A stretch of DNA of 63,608 bases, filler included, from Octopus bimaculoides (Eukaryota): NCBI RefSeq assembly GCF_001194135.2. It is 6 parts of 6 records of this genome, joined end to end, with 100 filler letters (N's around TTAATTAATTAA, not from the genome) between each part and the next. Parts side by side here need not be neighbours in the genome. Positions count along the whole stretch, not along the records: positions 57,590 to 62,146 come from NC_068994.1; positions 62,247 to 63,608 come from NW_026355795.1; 4 more parts are not named here. One strand, given 5' to 3'. The position numbers were made by a program, and so were the translations under genes. The notes under the pieces are model-generated. The model saw nothing but the letters and a program-made list of their open reading frames with translations. It made no database searches and was not told the origin of the DNA. Positions 62,076 to 63,608 of the stretch are shown here, piece after piece. The number at the start of each line of letters is the position of its first letter. Within the stretch, counting starts at the first letter, position 1.

Positions 62076-63608
62076 AAAAAAAAAAAAGCAAGTTCCACTT
62101 ATGTTCCAACAGCTGTAGTGTTATCACTAAAAAGATATGATGCTTCNNNNNNNNNNNNNNNNNNNNNNNNNNNNNNNNNNNNNNNNNNNNTTAATTAATT
62201 AANNNNNNNNNNNNNNNNNNNNNNNNNNNNNNNNNNNNNNNNNNNNATATGTATATATATATATATACAAATAGCAACAGTTGGATAGTGGTTTTCTTGC
62301 TACACCTGTTCTAGCCGTATTTTTATTGATGAAAATGCTTATTTCATCATGCGAATAAAATCGTTTTCATCCGGCGAATAAATACACGAATTAAACATTT
62401 TAAAGTTCGTCAGAATGTCATGAAATGGCACACACTTTAATTCGTGTAATGATTTACTTTTAAAGGTTTAATTCGTGCATATATGCACTTCATAAAACCG
62501 TTTTTTCTCCCTCGCATGATGAAATAACTAGTAGAAATTAAGCATATTAGGAACTTTTGAGGAAATAAATATATTTTGCGAGGAGACTATATTGAAAGTT
62601 TAAGGTTTTTCATGAACCCCGCAATAATTAATAAATTAGATAAACTTTAAAACGATTCCATAAAATTGTTTAGGTACGAATTACAGTTGACACAAATGTT
62701 AATATAATTATTTTTCTCGGATATTACTTCAAGTTGAGACGGGAAAAAATTGACATTTGACAAAAATCTAATGAGAAAATAAAGAACTGATGCCTCATAA
62801 TTTTTCATGGAATTTTCTTCTCCATATTAGTAAACATACATATTATTATCTTCTGATGTAGTTGCGTTCATTACAGCTTCTATTTATCAGAGTAAATATC
62901 TTCGCAGTGAAAGCCTTTCGGATCGTAAAAACAGAACAAGAAAGATTTTATGGGACAATCGAAATTTTCCTTGAAATGCAAGTGAACGAATATCTCCATA
63001 GATTTATTCAGTGTAATTTGGTTTCATATCTGGATGGCTTATACACATCATCAGGTTTGGGATATAAACTTGATTACTTTTGAAGTAAATATTTTTGAAA
63101 CACGTTTAATCATTTCAATATAATATGCGTTGCTAACATCAATAGATGGAATCATTTCTCCTATATCAATTTGGATTGCGCAAAAGAATTTCACTTCCAT
63201 GATAATTGCCTTTGAATTTGTATGACTGTATTTTATTCCACTAAAATACAATAGTACTATACCAAAACACTTTCATTACATTGAATGACAATATTTAAAA
63301 AACTCGTTTTATCAACAGATCCGGATAAAAAATTATGACAATCCTCTATAAGAACATTTGGTTTCTAAAAGAAAACATCTGATCACACTTAAAACCAAAT
63401 GCATTATATACCTCTATTTTCAATATTGAGTACTCTGTTTGTCTCTCGTGCTCATACGTAAGTGATGAGGATGGGGTTGATGATTTATATATATATACAT
63501 ATATTTACATATATATACATACATACACATAAATATACATACATACATACACATATATATATATATATATTATTTATATATATTTATTATTATTAATATA
63601 TATATATA

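Noticed and set aside
62820-63251. Short hydrophobic ORFs suggesting a GPCR pseudogene
   Set aside because: No diagnostic GPCR motif; frames on both strands equally weak.

Overview
AT-rich, microsatellite-saturated animal genomic DNA with many N gaps. The repeat landscape resembles an octopod cephalopod (Octopus) draft assembly; this is inference from SINE, LINE and microsatellite content, not a database hit. Two protein-coding loci are supported, both on the minus strand. (1) A complete secreted laccase-type multicopper oxidase (24298-26217, 639 aa) with an intronless CDS, all copper ligands intact, a splice acceptor 22 nt before the ATG and an 88-bp-arm hairpin about 0.6 kb past the stop. 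(2) A five-exon, phase-consistent gene start not visible in the ORF track (exons at 16318-16294, 7303-7145, 5529-5429, 4268-4241, 1179-1145; 116 aa), including 28- and 35-nt microexons and running off the left edge. The rest is four tRNA-head SINE families, a decayed Penelope-like element (RT + GIY-YIG), fragments of R4/Dong, Tx1/L1, RTE and CR1/L2 LINEs, an IR/DR Tc1 transposon, hAT and mariner MITEs, a Helitron-like end and microsatellites. Notable structures: a SINE/LINE shared 3' stem-loop, a 25-bp minisatellite grown from a SINE head, several repeat families flush with (TAA)n arrays, and degenerate hammerhead ribozyme motifs. No CRISPR, rRNA or true tRNA genes were seen. Repeat boundaries are by eye and approximate.
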